Assembly: GCA_964016885.1 (NCBI GenBank)
Contig: OZ024749.1
Span: forward strand, 7,254,001 to 7,318,000
Reading direction: 5' to 3'
From: Eledone cirrhosa
Lineage: Eukaryota
DNA length: 64,000 nucleotides
Position numbers and translations under genes: made by a program
Part shown: positions 17,451 through 31,782 of the stretch, one piece after another
How the letters are laid out: each line of letters begins with the position of its first letter
How positions within the stretch are numbered: position 1 is the first letter of the stretch
The notes under the pieces: model-generated
The model's database searches: none
What the model was told of the DNA's origin: nothing
What the model saw: the letters and a program-made list of their open reading frames with translations, nothing else

Positions 17451-17985
17451 CGATGAAAGGCTAAGTAAACCTTGGCGGATTTGAACTCAGAATATAAAGG
17501 AGCGTAACTATATACCACAAAGCATATAGTCCGATGCTCTACCGATACTGCCAATCCACCTCTCTAATAGTAATATTAATAATTGTTTCTACTTTAGGCA
17601 CAAGGCCAGCAATTACCCAGTGCATTACTGGTACTTTATTTTATCGACCCCGTAAGGATGAAAGGTAAAGTCAACCTCGGCGGGATTTGAACTCAGATCG
17701 TAAAGGGACGTAACTATGCTGGAAAGCATGGCGTCCGACCCTCCACCGATACTGCCAATCCACCTCTCTAATAGTAATATTAATAATGGTTTCTGATTTA
17801 GGCACCACGCCAACACATTTAGGGGAGGGTAAGTCGAAGAAATCTACCCCAGTGCATTACTGGTACTTCATTTCATCGACCCCGGATGACAAATACAAGG
17901 CAAAGTTGAGCAAGACAGAATTTGAACACAGAACGCAGTGATCAGAATCAAGTATTGAGAGGTATTTTGTTGTCAATCCATCGAC
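17450..17985 (-). mobile_element. Cluster of three tandem SINEs
   Basis: Head ccgatactgccaatccacctctctaatagtaat at ~17542 and ~17746; Meta-domain core three times. Confidence 0.8.
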
Positions 17986-17991
17986 TTAGTC

Positions 17992-18548
17992 CAGAGGTTC
18001 TCAAACTTTTTCGGCCACGGTCCCTTCACGGCCACGTAATACCCTCAGTACCCCACCCCTATTTCCAGAGAGACCTGTCTACACACAAATTGTAAATAAT
18101 ATATAATAAACAATTTATATATAATAAATAAGGATTTCTTGTAGAGGCACAAGGCCAGTAATTTAGGTCGATAAAATAAAGTACCATTACTGGTACTTTA
18201 TTTTATCGACCCCGTAAGGATGAAAGGCAAAGTTAAACTCGGCGGGATTTGAACTAAATGCGTAAAGGGCCATAACTCTATGCTGCAAAGCATGGCGTCC
18301 GAATCTATCGATACTGCCAATCCACCCCACTTAATATATATATATAAAAATAATATAATATATACAATGTGTAAATGAATATTATATATTTTTTATTTTA
18401 CTATATTTATATATATGAATCATTTAATATTTAATATACTATTATATCCTCTCTAACACTCCCACTGACTCCTTAGGCCCCAACACACCCCCCTGGACCG
18501 TCTCAACGCCTCCTGCAGGGGTGATAGCACCCACTTTGAGAACCTCTG
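17992..18548. mobile_element. hAT (Charlie-like) MITE containing a nested SINE (18135-18330)
   Basis: TIRs CAGAGGTTCTCAAA / TTTGAGAACCTCTG; flanks acttagtc / acttaaac (6 of 8 match). Confidence 0.8.
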
Positions 18549-18807
18549 ACTTAAACGTTCGATCGAACAATTGAATGATCATCGTCGAACTCGACGGATA
18601 ACCCGTCGCAACCTTACGTTGCAACACCCACACGATTCCTAATTACAGTTATTTCGACTGAAACAGCGAAAACCGTGTTTATAACACCTGAGACTTGATA
18701 CAATCACCTGTGTCATATGAAAGATTTGTTGCATCTTTAGCTGTTGTTTATAAAAACAGATATCACCAAGACTCACGTCGAGTCACCATTTTAACAGAAA
18801 GATATAA

Positions 18808-18912
18808 TAATTGTTTCCACTATTGGCACAAGGCCAGAAATTACACAGTACATTACTGGTACTTTATTTTATCGACCCCGTAAGGATGAAAGGCAAAGTT
18901 AACCTCGGGTGG
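18808..18912 (-). mobile_element. SINE family A, 5' truncated
   Basis: Consensus match. Confidence 0.75.
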
Positions 18913-20113
18913 GAATATCAACACGGATAATTATGATGCATGTATGTTTATTTGTCGTTGTGAGAAAGAGACAAAGTTAATCACAAAGTAATGTTTGTTG
19001 AATTGGATAGTTAAAATTAACAATATAAAGGTTATAAAAGGAATGTGGCATTGTCCCAGGCCCAAGGAAGGCCGACAGGTCAAAGTACAAATCTCACCGT
19101 TACATATTGTTTGTGCTTGCGGAGCAAAAGAAGAAGTGGTGTTTACCTTAGCATGGTCAAGCTGCAAGAGAGAGATTTCTGAATCGACGCGGGAATTTTT
19201 CCCTCAGGGCGTATCGAGATACATTCTCCTACTCTGGCGGCGATTGGCTGAACTAAGCCAAACGACGCACGGAGAATGTATCTATGAGCCATAGGAACGT
19301 AGGTCAGTACACATCCAATAGAATGACTCCACCCACATGTATGTCAGGATTTATCTTAAGGACAGTTTTAGAACTGTTCAAATCGTAAAGGCACGTACCA
19401 AGACCCAGGGTCATTTGATACGCTTATCCGAATATTGAGCTTGTTCCAATGAACGTCACCCCCCCCCCACACACACACACACTCACACTCCCTCACTCAC
19501 TCACACATACTTCCTTCTCAAATCTGTCTCTGGCGTTAAGCGACTGAGAGTACAATACTCTACTTTGGGCAGGACGCCAGTCTTTCACAGGGTTAAACTT
19601 CAAGTTTAAGTGTAACGAATTTGTTTTCAATCCTCACGGTAATTACAAATAAACGTTCGATTTGCTTCGGTCGATCTCGTTATAAAGAATTTTTCGTTAC
19701 AACGAATTTTTTTTTATGTACCATGAATTTCGTTATAAAGGAATTTCACTGTAAAACCTTTGACGAGATACCATTAAACCAACACTAGTCTATGCAAGTT
19801 TGTTCCATGTTTACATTTAAAATTTCTTAGCTGAGACTGGAAGACACCACTAAAATAGATATTATTAAAACATATATTCTAAGGTGATATTACTTATTGG
19901 ATATCTTATTTATTTTTATTGCATCTCAAGTGTTTGTGAAAATAATCCAGTTAGAAAAGAGATATCGTGCAATTTTGACTTCTATATTCGCTTTCTGCAG
20001 AACAGAAAAATAACACAAAATAGAAAATAAATAAATGTTGACGTTTGAAACGGTTTTCGGGAATCATTTGTTGTATTTTCGTTGTGTTTTTGATTATTTT
20101 TGTATAGGATTGA

Positions 20114-20176
<63 letters not shown>

Positions 20177-20440
20177 CGCATGTATATATACGCATGTATA
20201 TATACATGTATATATACATGATTATGTGTGTGTGTATATATATATATATGCAAGTATATATACATATGGCTTTTCACACAGGAGAAACATTGATCTTGCA
20301 TGAAATAAGGAGTGGAGAAAAAGCTATGTGCCGGCGAAAACAACTGAATACTACACATCGGTTGATAGAGAAATAGTGTATATGTATATATATATATGTA
20401 TATAAATGTATATATATGTATGTATATATATATGTATATA

Positions 20441-20513
<73 letters not shown>

Positions 20514-20589
20514 GTATATATATGTATATATATGTATGTATATATATATGTATATATATGTATATATATGTATGTATATATATATGTAC

Positions 20590-20742
<153 letters not shown>

Positions 20743-20775
20743 TACATATATATATATATATACATATATACATAT

Positions 20776-20830
<55 letters not shown>

Positions 20831-20863
20831 TACATATATATATATATATACATATATACATAT

Positions 20864-20946
<83 letters not shown>

Positions 20947-20948
20947 CT

Positions 20949-21013
<65 letters not shown>

Positions 21014-21028
21014 CAGATATATACATAC

Positions 21029-21072
<44 letters not shown>

Positions 21073-21091
21073 ATACATATATATAACCATA

Positions 21092-21128
<37 letters not shown>

Positions 21129-21216
21129 TATTTCTCTATCAACTGATGTGTAGTATTCAGTTGTTTTCGCCGGCACATAGCTTTTTCTCCACTCCTTATT
21201 TCATGCAAGATCAATG

Positions 21217-21301
<85 letters not shown>

Positions 21302-21308
21302 ATGTATG

Positions 21309-21385
<77 letters not shown>

Positions 21386-21520
21386 ATATATATGTATGTA
21401 TATATATATGTATGTATATATATATGTATGTATATATATATATATATGTATGTATTTTATATATATATATATATGTATTTTATATATATATATGTATATA
21501 TATATATGTAAGTATATATG

Positions 21521-21563
<43 letters not shown>

Positions 21564-21573
21564 GCATACATAT

Positions 21574-21604
<31 letters not shown>

Positions 21605-21631
21605 CATACATATATATATACATATATATAT

Positions 21632-21686
<55 letters not shown>

Positions 21687-21775
21687 CATACATACATATA
21701 TACATATATATATCGATAGAGATATGTATATATATATATATATATATATACATCTCTCTCTTTATATATATATAT

Positions 21776-21850
21776 GAAAAGAGTCAGGGCCCCAACGGCT
21801 GAGCTCCAGCCGTTTCCACAGCTACATCTGCTCAACAACAGGATCAACTC
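21776..21850 (-). mobile_element. Family P fragment
   Basis: gaaaagagtcagggccccaacggctgagctccagccgtttc. Confidence 0.6.
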
Positions 21851-22024
21851 CAGAACAACAACAACAACAACAACAGGGAGAACAACAACAACAAAAACGA
21901 GAACAACAACAACAACAAGGAGAACAACAACAACAACAACGAGAACAACATCTCCACCACCACCAACACCACCACCACCACCACCAACAACAACAACATC
22001 ACCACGAACAACAACAACATCTCC

Positions 22025-22055
<31 letters not shown>

Positions 22056-22211
22056 CCGCCACCAACATCTCCACATACCGCCAACACTACTACCACCACC
22101 ACCAACAACAACAACAACGACACCACCACCAACAACAACAACAACATTTCCATCACCACCACCACCACCACCACCAACAACAACATCACCATCAACAACA
22201 ACAACATCTCC

Positions 22212-22242
<31 letters not shown>

Positions 22243-22645
22243 CCGCCACCAACATCTCCACATACCGCCAACACTACTACCACCACCACCAACAACAACA
22301 ACAACGACACCACCACCACCAACAACAACAACATTTCCATCACCACCACCACCACCAACAACAACATCACCAGCAACAACAACAACATCTCAACCACCAC
22401 CAACACCACCACCACCACCACCAACAACAACAACATCTCCACCACCACCAACACCACCACCACCACCAACAACAACATCACCAGCAACAACAACAACATC
22501 TCAACCACCACCAACACCACCACCACCAACAACAACAACATCTCCACCACCACCAACACCACCACCACCACCACCACCAACAACATCTCCACCTACCACC
22601 AACACCACCAACTCCAACACCAACACCAACAACAACAACAACACT
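21850..22645. repeat. (ACA/ACC) minisatellite
   Basis: Seen directly; internal ~186 bp duplication. Confidence 0.9.
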
Positions 22646-22937
22646 ACTGTGTTGATAACATTTCCAGATTCGATTCTTCATCTAAAAGCCAGTATCGATG
22701 AAAAAAAATCAAATATTTCGGTAAATAAACTTTTAAATTGAAAATTCACACTCAGAGACAAACATATATATATATATATGTGTGTGGGGGTGGGGGGAGG
22801 GGAGGGGGGTATGTATATATATATTTAGACGTGTGTGTGTGTGTATATATATATATATGTGTGTATATATATATATGTGTGTGTGTGTGTATATATATAT
22901 ATATGTGTGTGTGTATATACATATATATATATATATA

Positions 22938-23330
<393 letters not shown>

Positions 23331-23880
23331 TGTGTGTGTGGTGTGTGCGTGTATACATATATATATATATATACGAACAATAAAAAGCACGAAGTGTTTG
23401 GTCTTCTTACGATTATTGAGGTGTGAGGAGTGTCTCGCGATTGATCAGGTTCGATCTGTATGAGTGAGGCTCTGTATCAATCAAATGCTCGTCGGACTTC
23501 TATTATGGTAATATATTATAAAGAGTCACGACCAAACAGCTGAACTCTTGCCGCCTCAACGGCTAGTCCTATAAGTATATATATATATGTATACTTTTAC
23601 TCTCATCTCCTCCTCTTTTTCATCCCCCCCTCCCCTCAAAATAAAATATTTTTTCCCAATATCACACATCAATCTAAAACTACTTTCCATATGTTGATTT
23701 AAAACTGCACTATCCACAAGTGTGTTTTAACCTTCATATCATGTCTTCCTGTTTTATCTGATGAAAACACAAATATTATTGCATGATGATATTTGTTTTT
23801 GAAATGCGCATAATAAAATACATGGAACTCTTTTAACCATCTTTTGTTCTTATATATTATATATATATGAGAACAAAAGA

Positions 23881-24585
23881 TGGTTAGGACCCATCGAAAA
23901 AGATCTGTCCCAGATGCGTGTGCGACGAGGAAACCGTTGCACACGCATTGGTACACTGCTCGGGCATTGCCGATCTGTGGGGCTATGTCGAACAACTGCT
24001 GTCAAGGGTGGGACCGATCCGGTTGACCACCGAGTCTATTGTAACGATCAAGCCGCCTCCCCTCTTCAAAAACGAAGGAGAGGCGGTGTTTCTGTGCGTA
24101 ATAGCCATGGCGAAAGAGGTTGTATGGTGGACGCGTCTGAAAGGACTGAGGTCAGACACCTTTCTCTCTGGCCAACAACTGGTCCGTTTCTTCCGATATC
24201 ATTTCGGAAGAAGGATCAGGATGGAGAGAGAGGTGCTGCACCCCAGCCGTTTCTATGAAAGATGGGTGAAAGTGGCGAGAATGTCCCGTGTGAATGGGCC
24301 TTCACTCTACATCAGACTATAGGTGAGGAAGATGAAAGACCAAGGGAGCACCCCTTCTCTGTGCTCCTGAGGAGAAGGGTTGCACACTTTTTTCGGGGAT
24401 GTGTGCGACCCCCCAAGGCGCCTCCTCTCTATTGAGGACTTTGTTATAAATTTTATTTTTTGTTATATTTTATTTTATTTTTATATATTGTTATTGCCTC
24501 CTCCTTATTGAGGACGCCTTGTTTTGTAAACTCCCCCCATTGTACTTGTCCCACTTTTGATGCCCTGGTGGCAAATAAAAGAAAC
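23881..24585 (+). mobile_element. Tx1/L1-clade LINE 3' end (zinc knuckle, C-terminus, 3' UTR)
   Basis: CPRCVCDEETVAHALVHC CCHC motif; stop at 24322; AATAAA at ~24574, then (TA)n. Confidence 0.75.
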
Positions 24586-24588
24586 ATA

Positions 24589-24636
<48 letters not shown>

Positions 24637-24691
24637 GTGAGGTTTTTTTAACAAAATGAAAAATAACCGAGGTGTCCTACACGAGTGAAAG

Positions 24692-24792
24692 TATAAAGAA
24701 AAAGAGATGAAATCGAAAATGCAACTGGAGTCTTATTTTAAAAAAAAATAAGACTCCAGTTGCATTTTCGATTTCATCTCTTTTTCTTTATA
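24692..24792. repeat. Fold-back palindrome, same cassette family as 15535-15650
   Basis: tataaagaaaaagagatgaaatcgaaaatgcaactggagtcttatttt / aaaataagactccagttgcattttcgatttcatctctttttctttata. Confidence 0.9.
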
Positions 24793-24803
24793 TATATATA
24801 TAT

Positions 24804-24877
<74 letters not shown>

Positions 24878-24913
24878 ATATATATATAATATATATATAT
24901 ATATTATATATAA

Positions 24914-25112
24914 TAACGAAGGAAATGTGGTAAGGAACCAGGTGGACCATAACGCACCAAAGTACTCAATACTTGAGGTAGTAGAGTGGGTAATAGGAAC
25001 CAGTAAGACCCCGACAGCTGAGCTCAAGCCGTTTCGACGGCTAATTCTATTGGAGAATTAGCCGTCGAAACGGCTTGAGCTCAGCTGTCGGGGTCTTACT
25101 GGTTCCTATTAT
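24914..25112. mobile_element. Family P cassette, fold-back palindrome
   Basis: Arms share private variants (accagtaagaccccgacagc); centre gctaattct attgg agaattagc. Confidence 0.8.
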
Positions 25113-25223
25113 ATATAATATATATATATATAATATATATATATATATTATATATAATATATATATATATAATATATATATATTATATATAATATATATA
25201 TATATATAATATATATATATAAA

Positions 25224-25268
<45 letters not shown>

Positions 25269-25301
25269 TATATATATTATATATAATATTATATATAATA
25301 T

Positions 25302-25379
<78 letters not shown>

Positions 25380-26223
25380 ATATAATATATATATATATAT
25401 ATTAATTAGTAATTGTTTCTACTTTAGGCACAAGGCCAGCAATTACCCAGTGCATTACTGGTACTTTATTTTATCGACCCCGTAAGTATAATAATAAATG
25501 TGAAGACTAAAATCCAAAGAGGGCTCGATAAGGATAAATATATATCAAATATATAAGAAACCTAGAGCAAATATTTATTAAAATAACAGATTAAAGTTTA
25601 AGCAAAGAATCGCTGCTTTCACCCTTAACAGGATCTTCTGAAACTAAAAAAATCAATCTGTGAACACAGAAGTAAATATTTCGAAAAACTGCGCAATCTT
25701 GGTTAGATTTAAGACTTGTTAGTGAAATTGGTAGACGGATATAGTTTGGAAGCCCGTCGGGTGAACTGTAGAATTAATTCAAAGGAGCAGCCTTGTCATG
25801 TAATGTGTTACGCTGAACCTAGCGGAGATTTATACGAAGAGTGCACGTGTCTGTGGAATGCTCAGCCAATCCTCTTACACGTTAATCTCATGTTAAGTCA
25901 ATTTACTCAACTTGTCATTCATTCCAAAATTGTTGGCCTTTTGTCTAAATCAGAAACCGTTATTTCATTTAGATACCGGCTGGGTTTTTACAATTTGTAA
26001 ATAGTCTCAGACACAGACAGATATTTCCATAATATGTGTACGGTATTCACTACACAACACATTAATATAATTACCCAAATTTATGTCTATGGCGGCTTCC
26101 AGTTATTTTCTTTAGCTCCTTTTAATTTTAATTATATATTCATACATGCATAAAATGTATATATATATATATATATGCCTTTGTTACTTGTACTCCTGCG
26201 TTGCTGTTGTTTTTTTTACTTTG

Positions 26224-26256
<33 letters not shown>

Positions 26257-26282
26257 AAACATATATATTTACATATATATTT

Positions 26283-26336
<54 letters not shown>

Positions 26337-26461
26337 ATGTGTGTAACCATATACATATATGTATGTATGTATACATATGTAAATATATGTATATATATAT
26401 GTATATATATACATATATATATGCATATATATAAACACACACACACATATATATATATATG

Positions 26462-26563
<102 letters not shown>

Positions 26564-27785
26564 TTTCCGATATATTCATTATAGATATACTTCATACATT
26601 AAAAAGAGCTACATATACAGACATAGTACTATAGAGCTACATGTACAGACATAGTACTATAGAGCTACATGTACAGACATAGCCTTTCTATAGAGCTATC
26701 TACACAGACGGAGCTCTTCTATGTGGAGTTACTAAATATGTTTCTATTCCCTTACCGTTTCCTTACCTCCCGTTGTTTCACCTGTTATTAATTATCTAGT
26801 TAGTTTACATCTTGCATATCTTGACATTGCTTCTTCCTGTTGTTGTTGTATGTACTGTTGTTGTTGTTGCTGTTGTTGTACTGTTGTTGTTGTTGTTGTA
26901 TGTACTGTTGTCGTCTATTCTAAGAGTTTGCCCCTCTCACATAGTATATTGTAACAGAAACCTCTAAATGTGTGATACTTCTCCGATATACAACCTGAAC
27001 TGATAGGTACATCACTGTGTCATATACTTACAAACATACACACACACATGCGAAATTACACACACACAAACACACACACGAACACACACACACAAACACA
27101 CACACGAACACACACATACAGACACACCCACAAACACACGCACACACACACAAAAGCAAACACAAACACACACACACATATATATATATATGTACTCACA
27201 TAAATAAAGTCTCTCTCACGCACACATATATATATATATATATGTGTACACATATATATATATGTCTACACATTTATATATATGTACACATTTATATATA
27301 TGTACACATATATATATGTACACATATATATATATGTACACACATATATATATGTACACACATATATATATATGTACACATTAATATATATGTACACATA
27401 TATATATGTACACATATATATATATGTACACATATATATATATATATGTTCACACATTTATATATATACACACATATATATATATATATGTACACACATA
27501 TATATATATGTACATATATATATATATATATATGTACACATATTCATACACACATATGCATACACACATATACATACACATATGCATACACACATATACA
27601 TACACATATACATACACACATATATGTACACGCACACAAACACACATAGATAAAATCTCTCTCATACACACACTCACATATACATATGCACGCACACCAC
27701 TACAGTCACATTAATTCACACGTACACATAAATACATAAAGCTACCCCCACACACACTCCTGTACACAATACATGTATACCACAC

Positions 27786-28372
27786 TGACTTAGTCTTAGT
27801 CTTAGATTCTTCCGCGCTGTTCGGCCCATCGAGCAGCAAGCACTCGTCAGCGGTCACGATCAGCGGCAACTTTTTCGAGACCGTGCCAGGTGATGTTTGG
27901 TTGCCATCTGGTCCTTCCGGAACGTTCGTCGCCAGGTGATCCTTGGGCAACCCCGCCTCCGTTTACCGCCAGGCGGAGTCCAGTTCATCGCTGTTTTCTA
28001 ATGCCGTTCATTTGGCAGCTGCAGAATATGGCGGCCAGCCAGACGGCACCGACGCTCCGTGACCACTCTCTGTAGCATCCACGACTCGGCTCTCCGCAGG
28101 ATCTCCTCGTTTGGCCCTCGGTCGCGCCAGGACACACGGACGATCTTTCGCAGGCACCGCTGGTGGAAAGCGTTCAGCCGTCTCTCGATTTTTGCCGTAT
28201 TCCTTCCAGGTCTCGCTCGCATAAAGCACTGTCGGCAGCACGATGCTCTTGTACAGGCGGAGCTTGGTCTTGGTGCTAATGCATGAAGACGATCAGACTG
28301 GGCACATCCGCTGGAAAACTGCGGCTCCTTTGCCGATCCGACAGTTGATGTCCAACTCCGCGTCGCCGCACT
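27786..28372 (-). mobile_element. RTE-clade LINE 3' fragment (frameshifted) with (AAGACT)n tail
   Basis: LPTVLYASETW...RLNAFHQRCLRKIVRVSWRDR; tail cttagtcttagtcttag. Confidence 0.85.
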
Positions 28373-28649
28373 GAGAGACAAGTATATATACCAACACACA
28401 GATACAACGGCACATACACACATATACACACATATAAAGACTTGTTGAGCTCACACATATACACACACATAAACACACGCACACACAAACTTATACAGTC
28501 AGGTAGAGACAAATACATACAGAATCGCACATACGTAGATATAAAGAAAAAGTCACAGAGGTTTGGACGTTAGACTTTCCGTCATATATATTCTTAATAA
28601 TTACGGATTAGGACAATGGGATTGATGAGTTAATATCTGTATACAACAA

Positions 28650-29406
28650 CTACAAGGGTACGCGATGGGGCCCACCCACATCCCCGGCGGACAGAATGGT
28701 GAAGGCGTTTCCTCGGAGGACGGCAAGAGAGACGCGCTGGAAGAGCCATTCCAACTCGCGGGGCTCACACCTGCGGCTGGCCAGCTCAGCGCCTATGGTG
28801 GTGAGTAAGGAGGTATCCCTGGGGCCGACAAAGACACCAGAAGTCCCCACTGCCAGGGATACGACCACAAACCTGTCGGAGAGCGACCGGTAATTTGAGG
28901 AGTTTGGCCCCCTCAGCCCGACGTGCAGCAGAACCTGGGTCACTCGCAGACTGCACCAGGTTGCGGCTGCAGAAAGTGTTGGTGCAAGTAGCATCCCAGA
29001 CGAGGGGTTTGCCACCGCGCACCGGGAAGATGGTCATGCCATCTGGCCTTTTGCCGTCCCCTCGATCCAGCCCCACCGGCTCGAGCTGGGAAGGGAAGCC
29101 TGCAGCGTCCAAGCCATGCTTAATGACCTCATTGAGGGCAGTATGGCGTGGAATGCGGCCGGCACTGTGGCTACAGGAAAGCGGGTGGAGGCCGAAAGAG
29201 TCCACGGTGGAACTGCAGCGACATAGGTGTGGCTGGCAGATCCGGACGTCGAGCCTCAGGCTAACGCCGATTCGAAGGCTATGGTTGTCTAGCTGCGTGC
29301 CAGTGGAGAAGGAGGGCAGGGCATTGAGCCAGGCACCACTGTGGGGTTTGGAGGCCGCACGAAAACAAGCAAGGCGGTGCTTGTCGAGGTGGCGCGTGAG
29401 CCTGTC
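28650..29406 (-). mobile_element. CRE-clade non-LTR retrotransposon 3' part (zinc knuckle plus restriction-like endonuclease)
   Basis: SGAWLNALP...CRC..H.LSC...RH..LN...EPVGLDRGDGKRPDG...LVWDATC; frameshift, then LFQRVSLAVLRGNA. Confidence 0.85.
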
Positions 29407-29867
29407 TGTAGATATAAATACACACATACATGGCATAAACATATACAGGCACGTACATATACACACACACACACATGCAGGTACACATGCATACACATAC
29501 ATAGACTTTTATACGTAGTGACACACAGAAAATACACACACACGCACAGAAACGGATATACATACAGTAAACATCCACAGACATACACATACATACATAT
29601 CCACATTCACCTACATACATAGACATATATACACACAGGAACGCATATACATAGACATGAACGCACACACACATTGAGACAGACACGCACACAGATTTAC
29701 ACATACATAGACATATATGCACATACATACACATACATACACGCATTTTATATTCACGTCTATTTTAATTTGTGTATATATTTTACTTCGTTAGTTTTTT
29801 CTCTTATTACCTCCCTTTATCCCCCCCTCTCTCTACTTCTCTTTTATCTATGTTATTCTTCATTCTT

Positions 29868-29951
<84 letters not shown>

Positions 29952-29954
<3 letters not shown>

Positions 29955-30383
29955 ACTCTGGATGTCAGTGAGCATGTCCAGCCAACCTGTCTCCTCTGTG
30001 TCACTTTTGAGCTGACTTTTGGGATGCTCCCATACAGCTCTGAGTTTTTCATCCTCAGTGTATACTGATTAATGTTCAGAGCCATCCTCAGCATTCTCGT
30101 GTAGCACCCATCCACCATCTGAGTGAGTTTCTTGGTCAGTGTCCAAGTCTCAGACCCATACAGCCACACAGACTCCACTACAGCAAAGAGTTGACATTGC
30201 ACTCAGTGCTGATTTGGGAGCCCCTACATGGACACACTGGAAGGGGAAGACCAAGGTTAACATATGTTGATGCCCTAAGGACAGACACTGGTCTGTTGGA
30301 AATGCAGGATATGGCAGCGATAATGAGGGACAGAGACCGCTGGAGAGAACTCGTCCATGGATCTCGGGAATTTTACCCGCCTT

Positions 30384-30385
<2 letters not shown>
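29952..30385. mobile_element. RTE-like LINE 3' end with 5' inversion
   Basis: Minus 30190-29952 gives ESVWLYGSETWTLT...LAGHAH*HPEL; plus 30187-30385 gives ELTLHSVLIWEP..GRGRP...DRDRWR. Confidence 0.85.
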
Positions 30386-30432
<47 letters not shown>

Positions 30433-30506
30433 AAATCAACTTTTTAAATGGAAGTTGCATTATTTTAAGGTATGTCAAATTTATTTATAAAACGGCTTAT
30501 ATATTG

Positions 30507-30572
30507 TATTTTGTCTGAGGAAGGCATACCATATTTTTAATATGATATCCCAGAAATATATATAACGAAATA
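30507..30572 (+). ncRNA. Minimal type I hammerhead ribozyme
   Basis: TATTTTGT-CTGAGGA-stem II (catatt ttt aatatg)-GAAA-TATATA-TA-ACGAAATA. Confidence 0.7.
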
Positions 30573-30612
30573 AATATGGTTTTATAAATATAGTTTCCAT
30601 TTGTTTAATATC

Positions 30613-30668
<56 letters not shown>

Positions 30669-30673
30669 TATAT

Positions 30674-31222
30674 AGGAAAAGAGTGAGGATCCCGACGGCT
30701 GAGCTCTGGTCGTTTCCATACCAACTAAACCAGCAGTATTATAACGGCTGGATTCCCGTCGTTCTTTTTGTATATATTGGTTTAGTTCGGATCTGGCTGT
30801 CGAAAAGGCCGAAACTCAGCCGTCGGGTTCTGACTCTTTTCCTATTACTCATACTACTACCCTAAGTATCGAGTACACTGGTGCATTATGGCCCACCTGG
30901 TATCTTACCACACCTTTGAAATATATATATATATATATATATATAGGAACGAGTAGGACCCCGACGGCTGTGCTCAAGCCGTTTCGACGGCTAAATCTGG
31001 ACTAAATTTAGTCCAGAATTAGCCGTCGAAACGGCTTGAGCTCAGCCGTCGGGGTCCTACTCGTTCCTATTACCCACTCTATTACCCTCTCTATTACCCA
31101 CTCTATTACCCACTCTATTACCCACTCGGGGTCCTACTCGTTCCTATTACCCACTCTACTACCCTAAGTATTGAGTACTTTGGTGCGTTATGTCCACTTG
31201 GTTCCTTACCACATTTCCTTCG

Positions 31223-31224
<2 letters not shown>
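30674..31224. mobile_element. Two family P cassettes; the first keeps hammerhead stem II, the second is a fold-back with 12 bp slippage repeats
   Basis: acggctggattc...ggatctggctgtcgaaa; arms 30944-31003 / 31008-31070; repeated ctctattaccca. Confidence 0.75.
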
Positions 31225-31269
<45 letters not shown>

Positions 31270-31529
31270 CTAGATTAACATTAATTACTAATGAAAGTCC
31301 AATTATTTTCAGAGGATTATTATCAGCCATTAATGCGTAATCAGAGCAATCTTAATTCCCTGTCGTATGAGATCTTCCATTTACAAATCAAAGAGATTTG
31401 TCGAGCCTCATGGTCAAGGCTTAACAAAAGCGTTAGTAACCGTGGGATATACTACAATAAAATGCATTTCCAATAATGACCAACTGTTTGTGTTTACTTT
31501 CAGCACAGCATCTCTCCACTTCTTACGGT

Positions 31530-31598
<69 letters not shown>

Positions 31599-31727
31599 TA
31601 TATATATATATATTATATATATATATATTATATATATATATATTATATATATATATATATTATATATATATATATATATATATTAAAATATAAGTATTAA
31701 TAAAATAGATGGTCTTTTGATCAATTA

Positions 31728-31782
31728 CATTTTATTATACATATTTCGGATATACAACTATCCGTCCTCATCAGACAAAATA
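31728..31782 (-). ncRNA. Hammerhead ribozyme in the 3' pLTR
   Basis: TATTTTGT-CTGATGA-GGA..TCC-GAAA-TATGTA-TA-ATAAAATG. Confidence 0.8.

Noticed and set aside
21774-22655. Thr/His/Gln-rich ORF
   Set aside because: (ACA/ACC) minisatellite preceded by a repeat cassette
25600-25642. Minus-strand hammerhead-like CAGAAGA...GAAA
   Set aside because: Non-canonical core, no NUH or stem I
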